A stretch of 64,000 nt of DNA from an uncultured Gemmatimonadales bacterium. GTDB taxonomy: Bacteria; Gemmatimonadota; Gemmatimonadetes; Longimicrobiales; Gaopeijiaceae. The DNA lies in contig CAWGKG010000015.1 of the NCBI GenBank assembly GCA_963823035.1, forward strand, positions 32,001 to 96,000, given 5' to 3'. Below the pieces are notes generated by a model that had not been told where the DNA came from, did no database searches, and saw only the letters and a program-made list of their open reading frames with translations. Positions 48,828 to 58,578 of the stretch are shown here, piece after piece (positions within the stretch are counted from its first letter, which is position 1; each line of letters opens with the position of its first letter). The position numbers and the translations under genes were made by a program.

Positions 48828-48948
48828 AGGGGGCTTGGTCCAAGCGCTGAATGTTCGAATCGATTACATTTCTCCAGTTCCTGCGACCCTTCCGCACCTA
48901 GCGGAGCCACGGCGTCCTCACCGGCCGACTCCGCGATCGGAGAGACTC

Positions 48949-49647
48949 GTGTCACGGAATCGCTCAGGGCTCCGCGTGTTGCTCCTCACGGCCCCACTCA
49001 CGCTGGCGGCGTGCGCCGGCGGGCCGGACCCCGAAACCGCCGCGCCGAGCCATATGTTCGCCCACTTCATGCAGGTGGGCGTGATCCAATCCGCGGTCGT
49101 CAACGGGGACGTGGACGCGACGCGGCGGCCCGCCCGATGGCTGGCGAGCCACAAGGAGACCCAGTTCCCGGCGGACGCCCAGCCGGCACTGGAGCAGATG
49201 CGCGCCGAGGCGCGCGTCATGCTGGCCCAGAACGAGCTGACGGACATCGCTCGCTCCCTCGCGCGGATGGGCACGGCCTGCGGTGCGTGCCACCAGATCA
49301 CGAACGGAGGGCCGAAGATCAACCTGTCGGAGGCGCCCCCGCTGACGAATGCGCCGGACGAGCACATGCAGCGGCACGTATGGGCGCTCGACCGGATGTG
49401 GGAGGGACTCATCGGGCCGTCCGACGCGGCCTGGCGCGCGGGCGCCTCCGCGCTGGTGAACGCACCGCTGCGGTTCAGCGCAGGGTCGGTGAGCCAGCAG
49501 GCCGAGGATCTCGTCGGCGAAGGTGCACGAGCTGGCACAGTCGGCCCACAGCGCGTCGACCGACAAGGACCGGGCCCAGGTGTACGGCGGGCTGCTGCAG
49601 ACCTGCGCCCTCTGTCACGAAGCGCTCGGGATGCGCCTGAAGCCTAG
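48949..49647 (+). CDS. Dihaem c-type cytochrome lipoprotein (frameshift near 49520; end approximate)
   Basis: Lipobox LAAC; CGACH in frame 1 and CALCH in frame 2. Confidence 0.7.
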   Translation: MSRNRSGLRVLLLTAPLTLAACAGGPDPETAAPSHMFAHFMQVGVIQSAVVNGDVDATRRPARWLASHKETQFPADAQPALEQMRAEARVMLAQNELTDIARSLARMGTACGACHQITNGGPKINLSEAPPLTNAPDEHMQRHVWALDRMWEGLIGPSDAAWRAGASALVNAPLRFSAGSVSQQAEDLVGEGARAGTVGPQRVDRQGPGPGVRRAAADLRPLSRSARDAPEA

Positions 49648-49744
49648 CAGCCCGAGCGTCTCATACCACCGGAGGACCGCCCTGCGATCGCGGGGCGGTC
49701 ATCTTCTCTTCTTCCGACCCTTGCGCGCCCGCTCGTCTTTGCTA

Positions 49745-49762
49745 TTAATACGAACGTATGAA
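49745..49762. promoter_or_regulatory. Putative TetR/CecR operator overlapping the -10 region and start codon
   Basis: Imperfect palindrome TTAATACG-AA-CGTATGAA in an AT-rich patch. Confidence 0.5.
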
Positions 49763-50435
49763 TGATACGGGGAAGCGAGACGAGGACGTTGGGCGGCCGG
49801 AAACGGTGCCGCCGGAGCCCAGGCGCGGCGCGGATACCCGCTCCGCGTTGATCGCGTCGGGTCGCCGTGTCTTCGCGAGCAAGGGGTTCGAAGGAGCCTC
49901 GGTCCGCGACATCACGCGCAGCGCGGGCGCGAACCTCGGGGCCATCACGTACCACTTCGGCTCCAAGCGTGCGCTCTACGAGGCCGTGCTCACGTCCGGG
50001 CTCACCCCCGTGGTCGAGCGGGTGGGGCAGGTCGCCCGCGGTCCGGGCACGCCGCTCGACCGCCTCGCCGGAATCGTGGACGTCTTCTTCGCCCACATGG
50101 GGGCCAACCCCGAGCTGCCCCGGCTCCTTCTCCAGGGGATCGCCGCCGGGAAGCGGCCGCCGCGGGCCGTGGTGGCCATCCTCAAGCGAAACGCCACCTA
50201 TATGGCAGGCGTCGTCACCGAGGGGTTCCGGGACGGCTCCGTTCGACCCGGACATCCGCTGCTGACGGCGCTGAGCGTCATCGCGCAGCCCATCTACATG
50301 ACCGTCGTCGCCCCCCTGCTGCGGGACGTGGGGGGGATCGATCTGTCCGATCCGGAGACCCGTCGCCTCGCGGCGGACCACGTGAAGACATTCGTGAGAA
50401 CCGGACTGGCCGTCCGTGAGGAGGCATCGGAATGA
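49758..50435 (+). CDS. TetR family regulator, CecR/YbiH-like
   Basis: FASKGFEGASVRDITRSAGANLGAITYHFGSKRALY; heads a YbhGFSR-like operon. Confidence 0.9.
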   Translation: MNDTGKRDEDVGRPETVPPEPRRGADTRSALIASGRRVFASKGFEGASVRDITRSAGANLGAITYHFGSKRALYEAVLTSGLTPVVERVGQVARGPGTPLDRLAGIVDVFFAHMGANPELPRLLLQGIAAGKRPPRAVVAILKRNATYMAGVVTEGFRDGSVRPGHPLLTALSVIAQPIYMTVVAPLLRDVGGIDLSDPETRRLAADHVKTFVRTGLAVREEASE

Positions 50436-51775
50436 CTCGACCTTCGCCGTCCGCGCGCGCCCTGCGGGTGCGCTTCCTCGCAAGCTCGTGCATCGCGCTC
50501 GCCCTCGGGACCCTGCCCCGCGGCGCCGCCGGACAGACGCTGACCCTGCAGGCGGCGGCGGACTCCGCCCTGGCCTCGCACCCATCGGTCGGAGCCGCAC
50601 GTGCCCGGGTGGACGCGGCCGACGCGGGGCGCTCCGCGGCGCGCGCCGCGCTCCTCCCGTCGCTGGCCGTGAACGGCTCACTGTCGCGCTTCCAGGAGCC
50701 GATGGTGGTGGCGCCGCTGCACGGGTTCGACCCCACCAACCCGCCCACCTTCGACCGGACGCTGGTCCAGGGGCAGCTCGGCCTGGACTACACGCTCTGG
50801 GACGGGGGCGCCCGCGGCGCCCGCATCCGCGGTGCCGAGGCGGCCGAGGGTGTTGAGACCGCGAGGATGGAGGCGACCTCGATGGAGCTCCTGGACGGTG
50901 TGGTGGCCGCGTACACCGGGGTGCTCGGCGCGCGCGAGCTGCAGGCCGCGGCGGCCCGCCTGGTCGATGCGCTCGACGCCGAGCACGACCGGGCCGATCA
51001 GCGCCTGCGCGAAGGGACCGCGGCGCGCGTCGAAGTGATGCGCGCCGAAGCCGCGCTCCTCGATGCGCAGGCCCAGCAGGCCACGGCAGACGCGCGCACC
51101 GGGCTGGCCGAGCGGAACCTCGCCCGTCTGATGGGCGTGGCCCCCGGGACGGTGTCCGGCGCCACCCTCGCCGACGTCGCGCCCCGGGCGGAGGCGGACA
51201 CCGCACCCGCCACGGATCCACGCATCGCAGCGGCGAGGCGCGCCGTGGACGCCGCGCAGGCCCGCCTCGACGTGGAGCGTGCCGGCCGGCTGCCCCGCCT
51301 CTCGGCGGGAGCCGGGCTGCAGAACTACGGGAGCGGCGCGGGCGAGTACGTGACCGAGTGGCAGGCCGGCGTGAAGGTGTCCTGGCCCCTCTTCACCGGT
51401 GGCGCCCGCACCGCGGCCATCCACTCGGCGGAGGCCGACCTCCGGGTCGCGCGGGAGGAGCTGCGGCGCACGGAGCTGTCGGTGGACGGGGCGCTGGACG
51501 CGGCGAACGCGTCGGTGGCCGAATCGGCCGCGCGCGCCCGCGCGCTCGAGGCATCGGTAGCGCAGTGGGAGGAGGTCGCCCGCATCGAGACGCTCAGCCT
51601 CGAAACGGGGGCGGGGGTGCAACAGGACTACCTGAGGGCGGAGGCGTCCCTCTTCCAGGCCCGAGCCGGAAGGGCTCGGGCACGATACGACGAGATCCTG
51701 GCCCTGGTGGGCCGGGCGCGGGCCCAGGGTCGCCTGGACCGGAATTGGATCGACGACGCGCTGGAGATTCGGTGA
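50432..51775 (+). CDS. TolC family outer-membrane efflux protein
   Basis: Signal peptide, LLPSL/RLPRL repeats, VSWPLFTGG. Confidence 0.9.
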   Translation: MTRPSPSARALRVRFLASSCIALALGTLPRGAAGQTLTLQAAADSALASHPSVGAARARVDAADAGRSAARAALLPSLAVNGSLSRFQEPMVVAPLHGFDPTNPPTFDRTLVQGQLGLDYTLWDGGARGARIRGAEAAEGVETARMEATSMELLDGVVAAYTGVLGARELQAAAARLVDALDAEHDRADQRLREGTAARVEVMRAEAALLDAQAQQATADARTGLAERNLARLMGVAPGTVSGATLADVAPRAEADTAPATDPRIAAARRAVDAAQARLDVERAGRLPRLSAGAGLQNYGSGAGEYVTEWQAGVKVSWPLFTGGARTAAIHSAEADLRVAREELRRTELSVDGALDAANASVAESAARARALEASVAQWEEVARIETLSLETGAGVQQDYLRAEASLFQARAGRARARYDEILALVGRARAQGRLDRNWIDDALEIR

Positions 51776-52770
51776 TGAAGAAGCGACTGGGAATCGTGGT
51801 GCCCGTGGTCCTGGTGCTCGCGGCGGTGGCGACGTGGCTGCTGGTCAGGAACGGTGGCGACGACGACGGGCGGATCGTGGCCTCAGGAACCGTGGAGGCG
51901 ACCGAGGCGGACCTCGGCTTCCAGGTGCCGGGTCGCGTCGAGGAGATCTCCCCGAAAGAGGGGGACGCGGTGGCGGCGGGGGCCGAGCTCGCCCGCCTGG
52001 ACACCGACGAGTGGGTGGCGGCGCGCGACGCCGCGGTCGCCCAGCTCTCGGGCGCCGAGGCGCGCCTGAGCGAGCTGCACCGGGGATCGCGGCCGCAGGA
52101 GGTCGCCCAGGCCGAGGCGGGCGCGCGTTCGGCGCAGCAACGGGCCGACGAGGCCGGGCGCGACGCGGAGCGGACGCAGAAGCTCTTCGACGGCGGCGCC
52201 GTGAGTCGGCAGGCGCTGGACAGGGCGCTGACCGCAAGGGACATGGCGCAGGCGGCCCTCGACCAGGCGCAGCAGACGCTCGGCCTCGTGCGCGAGGGGC
52301 CGCGCGTCGAAACCGTGCACGCGCAGCAGGCCATGGTCGAGCAGGCCCGTGCCAACGTGGCTCGAGCCGAGGCCACGCTGGAGAACGCCGTGGTGCGCGC
52401 GCCCTTCGCGGGACGCGTCACGGTGCGACACCGCGAGCCGGGCGAGACCGTGGGCCCCGGGGCGCCCGTGCTGACGCTCCTCGACCCGACCGACCGCTGG
52501 GTGCGCATCTACGTGCGTGAGGACGAGATCGGCCGGGTGCGGATCGGGATGGCCGCGACCATCACGTCGGACACCTACCCCGACAAGACGTACCAGGGCG
52601 AGGTGGTCTTCATCGGCAGCGAGGCCGAGTTCACGCCGCGCAACGTCCAGACCACGGAGGAGCGCATCAAGCTCGTCTACCCGGTGAAGGTCCAGATCAA
52701 GGACGACCCCGACTTCCAGCTCAAGCCCGGCATCCCCGCGGACGTCACGCTGCTGGAGAGCGGCGCGTGA
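51775..52770 (+). CDS. HlyD family membrane fusion protein (YbhG-like)
   Basis: SGTVEA, AEFTPRNVQT, LKPGIPADV. Confidence 0.92.
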   Translation: MKKRLGIVVPVVLVLAAVATWLLVRNGGDDDGRIVASGTVEATEADLGFQVPGRVEEISPKEGDAVAAGAELARLDTDEWVAARDAAVAQLSGAEARLSELHRGSRPQEVAQAEAGARSAQQRADEAGRDAERTQKLFDGGAVSRQALDRALTARDMAQAALDQAQQTLGLVREGPRVETVHAQQAMVEQARANVARAEATLENAVVRAPFAGRVTVRHREPGETVGPGAPVLTLLDPTDRWVRIYVREDEIGRVRIGMAATITSDTYPDKTYQGEVVFIGSEAEFTPRNVQTTEERIKLVYPVKVQIKDDPDFQLKPGIPADVTLLESGA

Positions 52771-53693
52771 GCGACGGGGCCGTCTCCCTGCAGGGGCTGA
52801 CCCGGCGCTTCGGGGCGCTCACCGCGGTGGACGCGCTCACGTTCGACGTGCACGAGGGCGAGCTCTTCGGGATCGTGGGTCCGGACGGCGCGGGAAAGAC
52901 CACCACGCTGCGCATGCTGGCCGGCGTGCTCCGCCCGACGGAGGGAACGGCCTGGGTGGCGGGCGTGGACGTGGGGAAGGACCCGGAAGCGGCCAAGCCG
53001 CGGCTGGCCTACATGGCGCAGCGCTTCGGGCTCTACGAGGACCTCACGGTCGAGGAGAACCTCCACTTCTACGCCGACCTCTACCGGGTGCCGAAGCAGG
53101 CGCGGCCCGAGCGGCTCGAGCGGCTGTACCGCTTCAGCCGCCTCGGGGAGTTCTCCCACCGCCTGGCCGGTAAGCTGTCGGGTGGGATGAAGCAGAAGCT
53201 CTCGCTGTCGTGCAGCCTGATCCACCACCCGCGCGTCCTGCTCCTCGACGAGCCCACCTTCGGCGTGGACCCGATCTCGCGCCGCGAGCTGTGGCTGATC
53301 CTGCACGAGATGGTGGCCGACGGGATCACGGTCGTCGTGTCGACATCCTATCTCGACGAAGCGGAGCGCTGCGACCGGGTGGTGTTGCTCGACGAGGGGC
53401 GCGCGCTCGCCCTCGACCGGCCGCAGGCGCTGCAGGCGTCGCTGGAGGGCACGATGGTGGCGCTGCGCACCGACCGCCCCCGGGACGCGCGCGCGGCGCT
53501 ACGCGCGTCACCCGACGTACAGAGCGCGGCGCTCTTCGGCGACGTGGTGCACACCCTCCTCCCGGCCGGCACGGCGACGGACACCGTGAGGCGGGCGCTG
53601 GAGGCGGTGGGCATCGAGGTCCTCGACGTGGAGGAGATCGAGCCGTCGCTCGAGGACGTGTTCATCCACCTGGTCGGAGGCGCCCGTGCCTGA
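52767..53693 (+). CDS. ABC transporter ATP-binding protein
   Basis: GPDGAGKTT, LSGGMKQ, LLDEPT. Confidence 0.95.
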   Translation: MSDGAVSLQGLTRRFGALTAVDALTFDVHEGELFGIVGPDGAGKTTTLRMLAGVLRPTEGTAWVAGVDVGKDPEAAKPRLAYMAQRFGLYEDLTVEENLHFYADLYRVPKQARPERLERLYRFSRLGEFSHRLAGKLSGGMKQKLSLSCSLIHHPRVLLLDEPTFGVDPISRRELWLILHEMVADGITVVVSTSYLDEAERCDRVVLLDEGRALALDRPQALQASLEGTMVALRTDRPRDARAALRASPDVQSAALFGDVVHTLLPAGTATDTVRRALEAVGIEVLDVEEIEPSLEDVFIHLVGGARA

Positions 53694-54633
53694 CGCGACG
53701 ATTCCGGTCCACGTGCGCGACTTGACTCGCCGCTTCGGCGACTTCGTGGCCGTGGACGCGGTGACGTTCGACGTGCATCCGGGGGAGATCTTCGGCTTCC
53801 TCGGACCGAACGGCGCCGGGAAGACCACGACGATCAAGATGCTCACCGGGCTCCTGGCGCCCACGGAGGGCGAGGGGCGTGTCGCCGGACACGACATCCG
53901 CCACGAGCGCGCCGCCATCAAGCGCTCCATCGGCTACATGTCGCAGAAGTTCTCGCTGTACACCGACCTGACGGTCTCCGAGAACATCGAGCTGTTCGCC
54001 GGGCTGTATGGCGTGACCGGCGAGCGCTTCCGCGAAAGGCGCAGGTGGATCCTGACGATGGCGGGGCTGGAGGACGCCGAGGACCGCGAGACGGAAGACC
54101 TCCCGCTCGGCTGGAAGCAGCGGCTTGCGCTCGGGTGCGCGATGGTGCACGAGCCGCCGATCCTCTTCCTCGACGAGCCGACCTCCGGCGTGGACCCGGT
54201 GGCGCGCCGTCACTTCTGGGACCTCATCGACGAGATGGCCGCGGTGGGCACCACGGTCTTCGTGTCCACGCACTACATGGAGGAGGCCGAGTACTGCACC
54301 CGGCTCGCGCTCATGAACCGCGGCCGCCTGATCGCCCTGGACGCGCCACGAGCGCTCCGCCTGCGGGTGGTCGAGCCGATCCTGCAGGTGCGCACGGACG
54401 ACGCCCCGAGTGCCGTGGAGGCGCTGATGGGTGCTGCGGACGTGCTCGAGGCCGGGATGTTCGGGCGCCTGTTGCACGTGACCGTCCGGGACGCGGGCGC
54501 CGGCGAGGCCGCCGTGCGCAGGATCCTCGGCGCGGCCGGCCGCACCGTGTTGGACGTGCACGCGATCGAGCCCTCCCTCGAAGACGTCTTCGTCTCCCTC
54601 GTGCGCGCCGAGGGCGGCGCGGCCATCGGATAG
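53686..54633 (+). CDS. ABC transporter ATP-binding protein (degenerate LPLG signature)
   Basis: GPNGAGKTT, LPLGWKQR, FLDEPT, THYMEEAE. Confidence 0.95.
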   Translation: MPDATIPVHVRDLTRRFGDFVAVDAVTFDVHPGEIFGFLGPNGAGKTTTIKMLTGLLAPTEGEGRVAGHDIRHERAAIKRSIGYMSQKFSLYTDLTVSENIELFAGLYGVTGERFRERRRWILTMAGLEDAEDRETEDLPLGWKQRLALGCAMVHEPPILFLDEPTSGVDPVARRHFWDLIDEMAAVGTTVFVSTHYMEEAEYCTRLALMNRGRLIALDAPRALRLRVVEPILQVRTDDAPSAVEALMGAADVLEAGMFGRLLHVTVRDAGAGEAAVRRILGAAGRTVLDVHAIEPSLEDVFVSLVRAEGGAAIG

Positions 54634-54637
54634 ACGC

Positions 54638-55757
54638 ATGGACTTCTTCCGACTCTGGGCCATGGCCCGCAAGGAATGGATCCAGCTTCGTCGCGACCCG
54701 CGCAGCATGATCCTCGCCTTCGCGCTGCCGCTGTTCCTCCTGCTGTTCTTCGGGTACGCGATCACGTGGGACGTGGACGACATCCCGATCGCGGTCGTGG
54801 ACCAGGACCGTACGGCGAGCGCCCGACAGCTCGTGGAGGCGTTCGTCTCGAGCGGTTACTTCTCCGTGGCCGAGCATCTCGTCTCCGAGCGGCAGGCCGA
54901 GGAGGAGCTCGTCCTCGCCCACGTGCGCGGCGTGCTCACGATCCCTCCGGGCTACGACCGCGACCTGCGGTCGGGCCGGGGTGCCGACGTGCAGCTCCTC
55001 CTCGACGGGAGCGACGCCAACACGGCAACGATCGCGCAGAACTACGCCGACGCGATCGTGACCCGCTTCGGGCTGAGCGCCGTCATGCAAGGACGGGAGG
55101 TGACGCCGCCGATCCGCCTCGAGCCGCGCACCTGGTACAACCCCAACCTCGAGAGCCGGCATATGATCGTGCCGGGCCTCATCGCGGTGATCATGTCGAT
55201 CATCGCGGCCATGCTCACCGCGCTGACGATCGCGCGCGAGTGGGAGCGCGGCACCATGGAGCAGCTCGCCGCGACGCCGGTGGGGCGCCTCGAGGTCGTG
55301 CTCGGCAAGCTCGTGCCCTACCTCGCGATCGGGCTGTTCGACGTCGCGGTCACGGTGATCGCCGGGATCCTCATCTTCGGCACGCCGCTGAACGGGAGCG
55401 TCCTCCTGCTGGCCGTGATGACGCTGCTTCTTCCTCATCGGCGCGCTCGGGCTCGGGATCTTCATCTCGGCGGCGGTGAAGTCGCAGGTGCTCGCCACGC
55501 AGGTCGCGATGGTCGCGACCTACCTCCCGGCGCTCCTCCTCTCTGGGTTCCTCTTCGACATCGCGAGCATGCCCCGCTTCCTGCAGGGCGTGACCTTCCT
55601 CGTGCCCGCGCGCTATTTCGTGACCGTGACGCGCGGGATCTTCCTCAAGGGCGTGGGCATCCAGGTGCTCTGGCCCCAGGCGCTCCTCATGCTCGCCTAT
55701 GCCGCGCTCGGCCTGGGGTTGGCCACGCACATGTTCCGGAAGGAGCTCCGCGGATGA
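54638..55757 (+). CDS. ABC-2 permease, YbhS-like (frameshift near 55435)
   Basis: KEWIQLRRDPR, REWERGTMEQ; C-terminus in ORF 55476..55757. Confidence 0.88.
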
Positions 55758-56884
55758 ACGAGAGCCGCAAGCTGTCCGTGCTCCGCGTGCGCCGCATGGT
55801 GGTGAAGGAGATCCGCCAGCTCCTGCGCGACCCCATGTCGAAGCGCATGATCTTCGGCGCGCCGATCATCCAGCTCCTCCTCTTCGGCTACGCCGTGAAC
55901 ACCGACGTGCGCAACGTGTCCACCTTCCTCGTGGACCACGACCGCACGGCCGAGTCGCGCCGCCTGGTCGACGCCTTCACCTCGTCGGGCTACTTCGAGG
56001 TGGTGGGCCGCTCCGACGACCCGAAGGACCTGGGCAGCGCGCTGGACCACGGGAAGGCGAAGGTCGGGCTCGAGATCCCGCCGCGCTTCGCGGCGGACGT
56101 CGCCGCCGGGCGCGCGCCCGCCGTTCAGCTCGTGGTGGACGGCACCAACTCCAACACCGCGACCATCGCCGCGGGCTACGCGTCGAAGATCACGCAGGAG
56201 ATGAGCGTGCGCGTCGCCATCCGCGAAGGCGTTCCGCTGCCCTCCACCGTCGAGCTGCGCGCACGGGCCTGGTTCAATCCGTCGCTCGAGTCGCGCGTGT
56301 ACAACGTGCCGGCGGTGATCGGCGTGATCGTCCTCCTCATGTGCCTCCTGCTCACGGCGCTGGCGGTGGTGCGCGAGCGCGAGGTCGGCACGCTCGAGCA
56401 ACTGCTGGTGTCCCCGCTGTCCGCGACCGAGCTGATCCTCGGGAAGACGATCCCCGTGGCGTGCGTGGCCATGGTGCAGCTCGCGCTCGTGACGGCGGTC
56501 GCGCTCCTCTGGTTCGACATCCCCTTGCGCGGCTCCCCCGTCACGCTGGTGGTCGCGGCGGCGATGTTCATCATCGCCGGACTCTCCTTCGGCCTCTTCA
56601 TCTCGACGATCTCGAACACGCAGCAGGAAGCCTTCCTGTCGATGTTCCTCTTCCTGCTTCCGGCCATCATCCTGTCGGGGTTCCTCTACCCCGTCGAAAC
56701 GATGCCGGCCTTCTTCCAGGCACTCACCGTGGCGAACCCCCTGCGCCACTTCCTCTTCGTGGTGCGCGCGATCTTCCTGAAGGGCTCGGGATTCAAAGAG
56801 CTCTGGCCGCAATTCGCCATCCTCGCGGCAATGGCGGGGGGCGGCGTCCTCTTCGCCGTGCGGCGCTTCAAGCGCACCTTGTAG
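55754..56884 (+). CDS. ABC-2 permease, YbhR-like
   Basis: KEIRQLLRD, REREVGTLEQL, LSGFLYP, NPLRHF. Confidence 0.92.
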   Translation: MNESRKLSVLRVRRMVVKEIRQLLRDPMSKRMIFGAPIIQLLLFGYAVNTDVRNVSTFLVDHDRTAESRRLVDAFTSSGYFEVVGRSDDPKDLGSALDHGKAKVGLEIPPRFAADVAAGRAPAVQLVVDGTNSNTATIAAGYASKITQEMSVRVAIREGVPLPSTVELRARAWFNPSLESRVYNVPAVIGVIVLLMCLLLTALAVVREREVGTLEQLLVSPLSATELILGKTIPVACVAMVQLALVTAVALLWFDIPLRGSPVTLVVAAAMFIIAGLSFGLFISTISNTQQEAFLSMFLFLLPAIILSGFLYPVETMPAFFQALTVANPLRHFLFVVRAIFLKGSGFKELWPQFAILAAMAGGGVLFAVRRFKRTL

Positions 56885-56886
56885 GG

Positions 56887-58578
56887 ATGCAACCGGCGAT
56901 GCGTGGACCCTACGAAGCCTGGATGGACGACTTCTTCGCGTCCTACTACGAGCGTCGGCCGGTCAACGCGACCTTCATCGGAAGGCACGATCTGGACGAC
57001 CGGCTCCCCGACTTCTCGGAGGAGGGTCTCGGGGACACGGTCGCCGACATGGACGACCTTCTGCGGCGGTCGGCGGGGCTCGACGCCCAGGAGCTGACGC
57101 CCGTCGAGCGGATGGACCTGCGCCTGGCACGCGGCTTCCTGCGCATCGAGCTTCGGGAGCTCGCCTCGGGGCATTTCCATCGCGGCAACCCGGCCCTCTA
57201 CACGGGCGAAGCGATCTTCGGGGTGATGTCGCTCTTCCTGACCGACTACGCACCCGTCCAGGACCGCACCGCGGCCGCGGTGGCGCGCCTCCGGGCCCTG
57301 CCCTCGCTCCTGTCCCGCTGCCGCGAGAACGTGCGCGCCGCCCCGGCCGCGTGGACGCGGCGCGCGCTGCGCGAGTGCTCGGGGGCGCTGGCCTTCCTCG
57401 GGGAGGGGATCGACCTTGTCGGCGCCGAGGACCCGCCTGGCGCCCATCGCCTCCGGGTCGCGGCGGATCGGGCGAGGGCGGCCTTCGACGAGCTCGAGCG
57501 CTGGCTGCGGAGCGATCTCCTTCCCCGGACCCGAGCGTCCGTGGCGGCGGGCGAAGAGGGGCTCGACCTGTATGTGCGCGAAGGCCACTGCCTCGACGTC
57601 CCCGCCGCGGAGATCGCGCGGGAGGCGCGCGACGCTCTGCAGCGCGTGCACGCCGAGCTTCGCGAGCGTGCCCGCGACTTCGGTGCGGACTCGGCCGCCG
57701 CCGCCCTGGCCGGGCTCACGTCCTTGCATCCGCCCGCGGAGCGCTACTACGACCGCTACCGGGAGCTGTGGGACGAGGTGCGCGCGCTCGCCGAGGAGCG
57801 CGAGCTGCTCACCTGGCCCGACGCCCCGATCCGCTTCGTTCCCCGCCCCGCCTGGGCGCGCGCCGCCGCGCCCTCCCTGTACTTCCTCTTCTACCGCTCC
57901 CCGGCGGCCTTCGGTGGACCCGAGGTCCACGACTACCTCGTCACACCCATCGAGCCGGACCTCCCCGAGGAGGAGCGCGCCGAGCTGCTCCGAGCGAACA
58001 ACGACAGCGTGATCAAGCTCAACCACGTGGTGCATCACGGGGGGATCGGCCACCACGTCCAGAACTGGCACGCGCGCCGCGCGCCCTCGCGCATCGGCCG
58101 GGTGGCCGCCGTGGACTGCGCATCGCGCATCGCCATGTTCTGCGGCGGCACGATGGCGGAGGGGTGGGCATGCTACGCCACCGATCTGGTGCGGGAGGCC
58201 GGAGGGCTGACGCCGCTCGAGGAGTACGCCGAGCTGAGCGCCCAGGCCCGCATGTGCGCCCGGGCCGTGGTGGACGTGGAGCTGCACGAGGGCCGCATGG
58301 ACCTCGACCAGGCGGCGGCGTTCTACGAGCGCGAGGGCGGGATGAGCGCCGGGGCGGCGCGCGCCGAAGCCGTGAAGAACAGCATGTTCCCCGGGGTGGC
58401 GCTCATGTACCGCGCCGGGACGGAGGGGATCTACGCGTTGAGGCGGCGGATGGAGAACCGCGAGGGAGCGGCGTTCACGTTGCGCGACTTCCACGACCGG
58501 CTGCTCTCGTGGGGATCGGTGCCGGTCTCGCTCGCCGCTGAGCTCATGGACGCCGAGACGGAGGCGCGCGATGGATGA
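56887..58578 (+). CDS. DUF885-like protein
   Basis: PVNATFIG.HD.DDRL, HHGGIGHHVQ, EGWACY, RAVVDVELH, FHDRLLSWGSVP. Confidence 0.82.
   Translation: MQPAMRGPYEAWMDDFFASYYERRPVNATFIGRHDLDDRLPDFSEEGLGDTVADMDDLLRRSAGLDAQELTPVERMDLRLARGFLRIELRELASGHFHRGNPALYTGEAIFGVMSLFLTDYAPVQDRTAAAVARLRALPSLLSRCRENVRAAPAAWTRRALRECSGALAFLGEGIDLVGAEDPPGAHRLRVAADRARAAFDELERWLRSDLLPRTRASVAAGEEGLDLYVREGHCLDVPAAEIAREARDALQRVHAELRERARDFGADSAAAALAGLTSLHPPAERYYDRYRELWDEVRALAEERELLTWPDAPIRFVPRPAWARAAAPSLYFLFYRSPAAFGGPEVHDYLVTPIEPDLPEEERAELLRANNDSVIKLNHVVHHGGIGHHVQNWHARRAPSRIGRVAAVDCASRIAMFCGGTMAEGWACYATDLVREAGGLTPLEEYAELSAQARMCARAVVDVELHEGRMDLDQAAAFYEREGGMSAGAARAEAVKNSMFPGVALMYRAGTEGIYALRRRMENREGAAFTLRDFHDRLLSWGSVPVSLAAELMDAETEARDG

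Noticed and set aside
54638..56884. Apparent fused double ABC permease (748 aa)
   Set aside because: Frameshift near 55435; separate stop and start overlap at 55754-55757.
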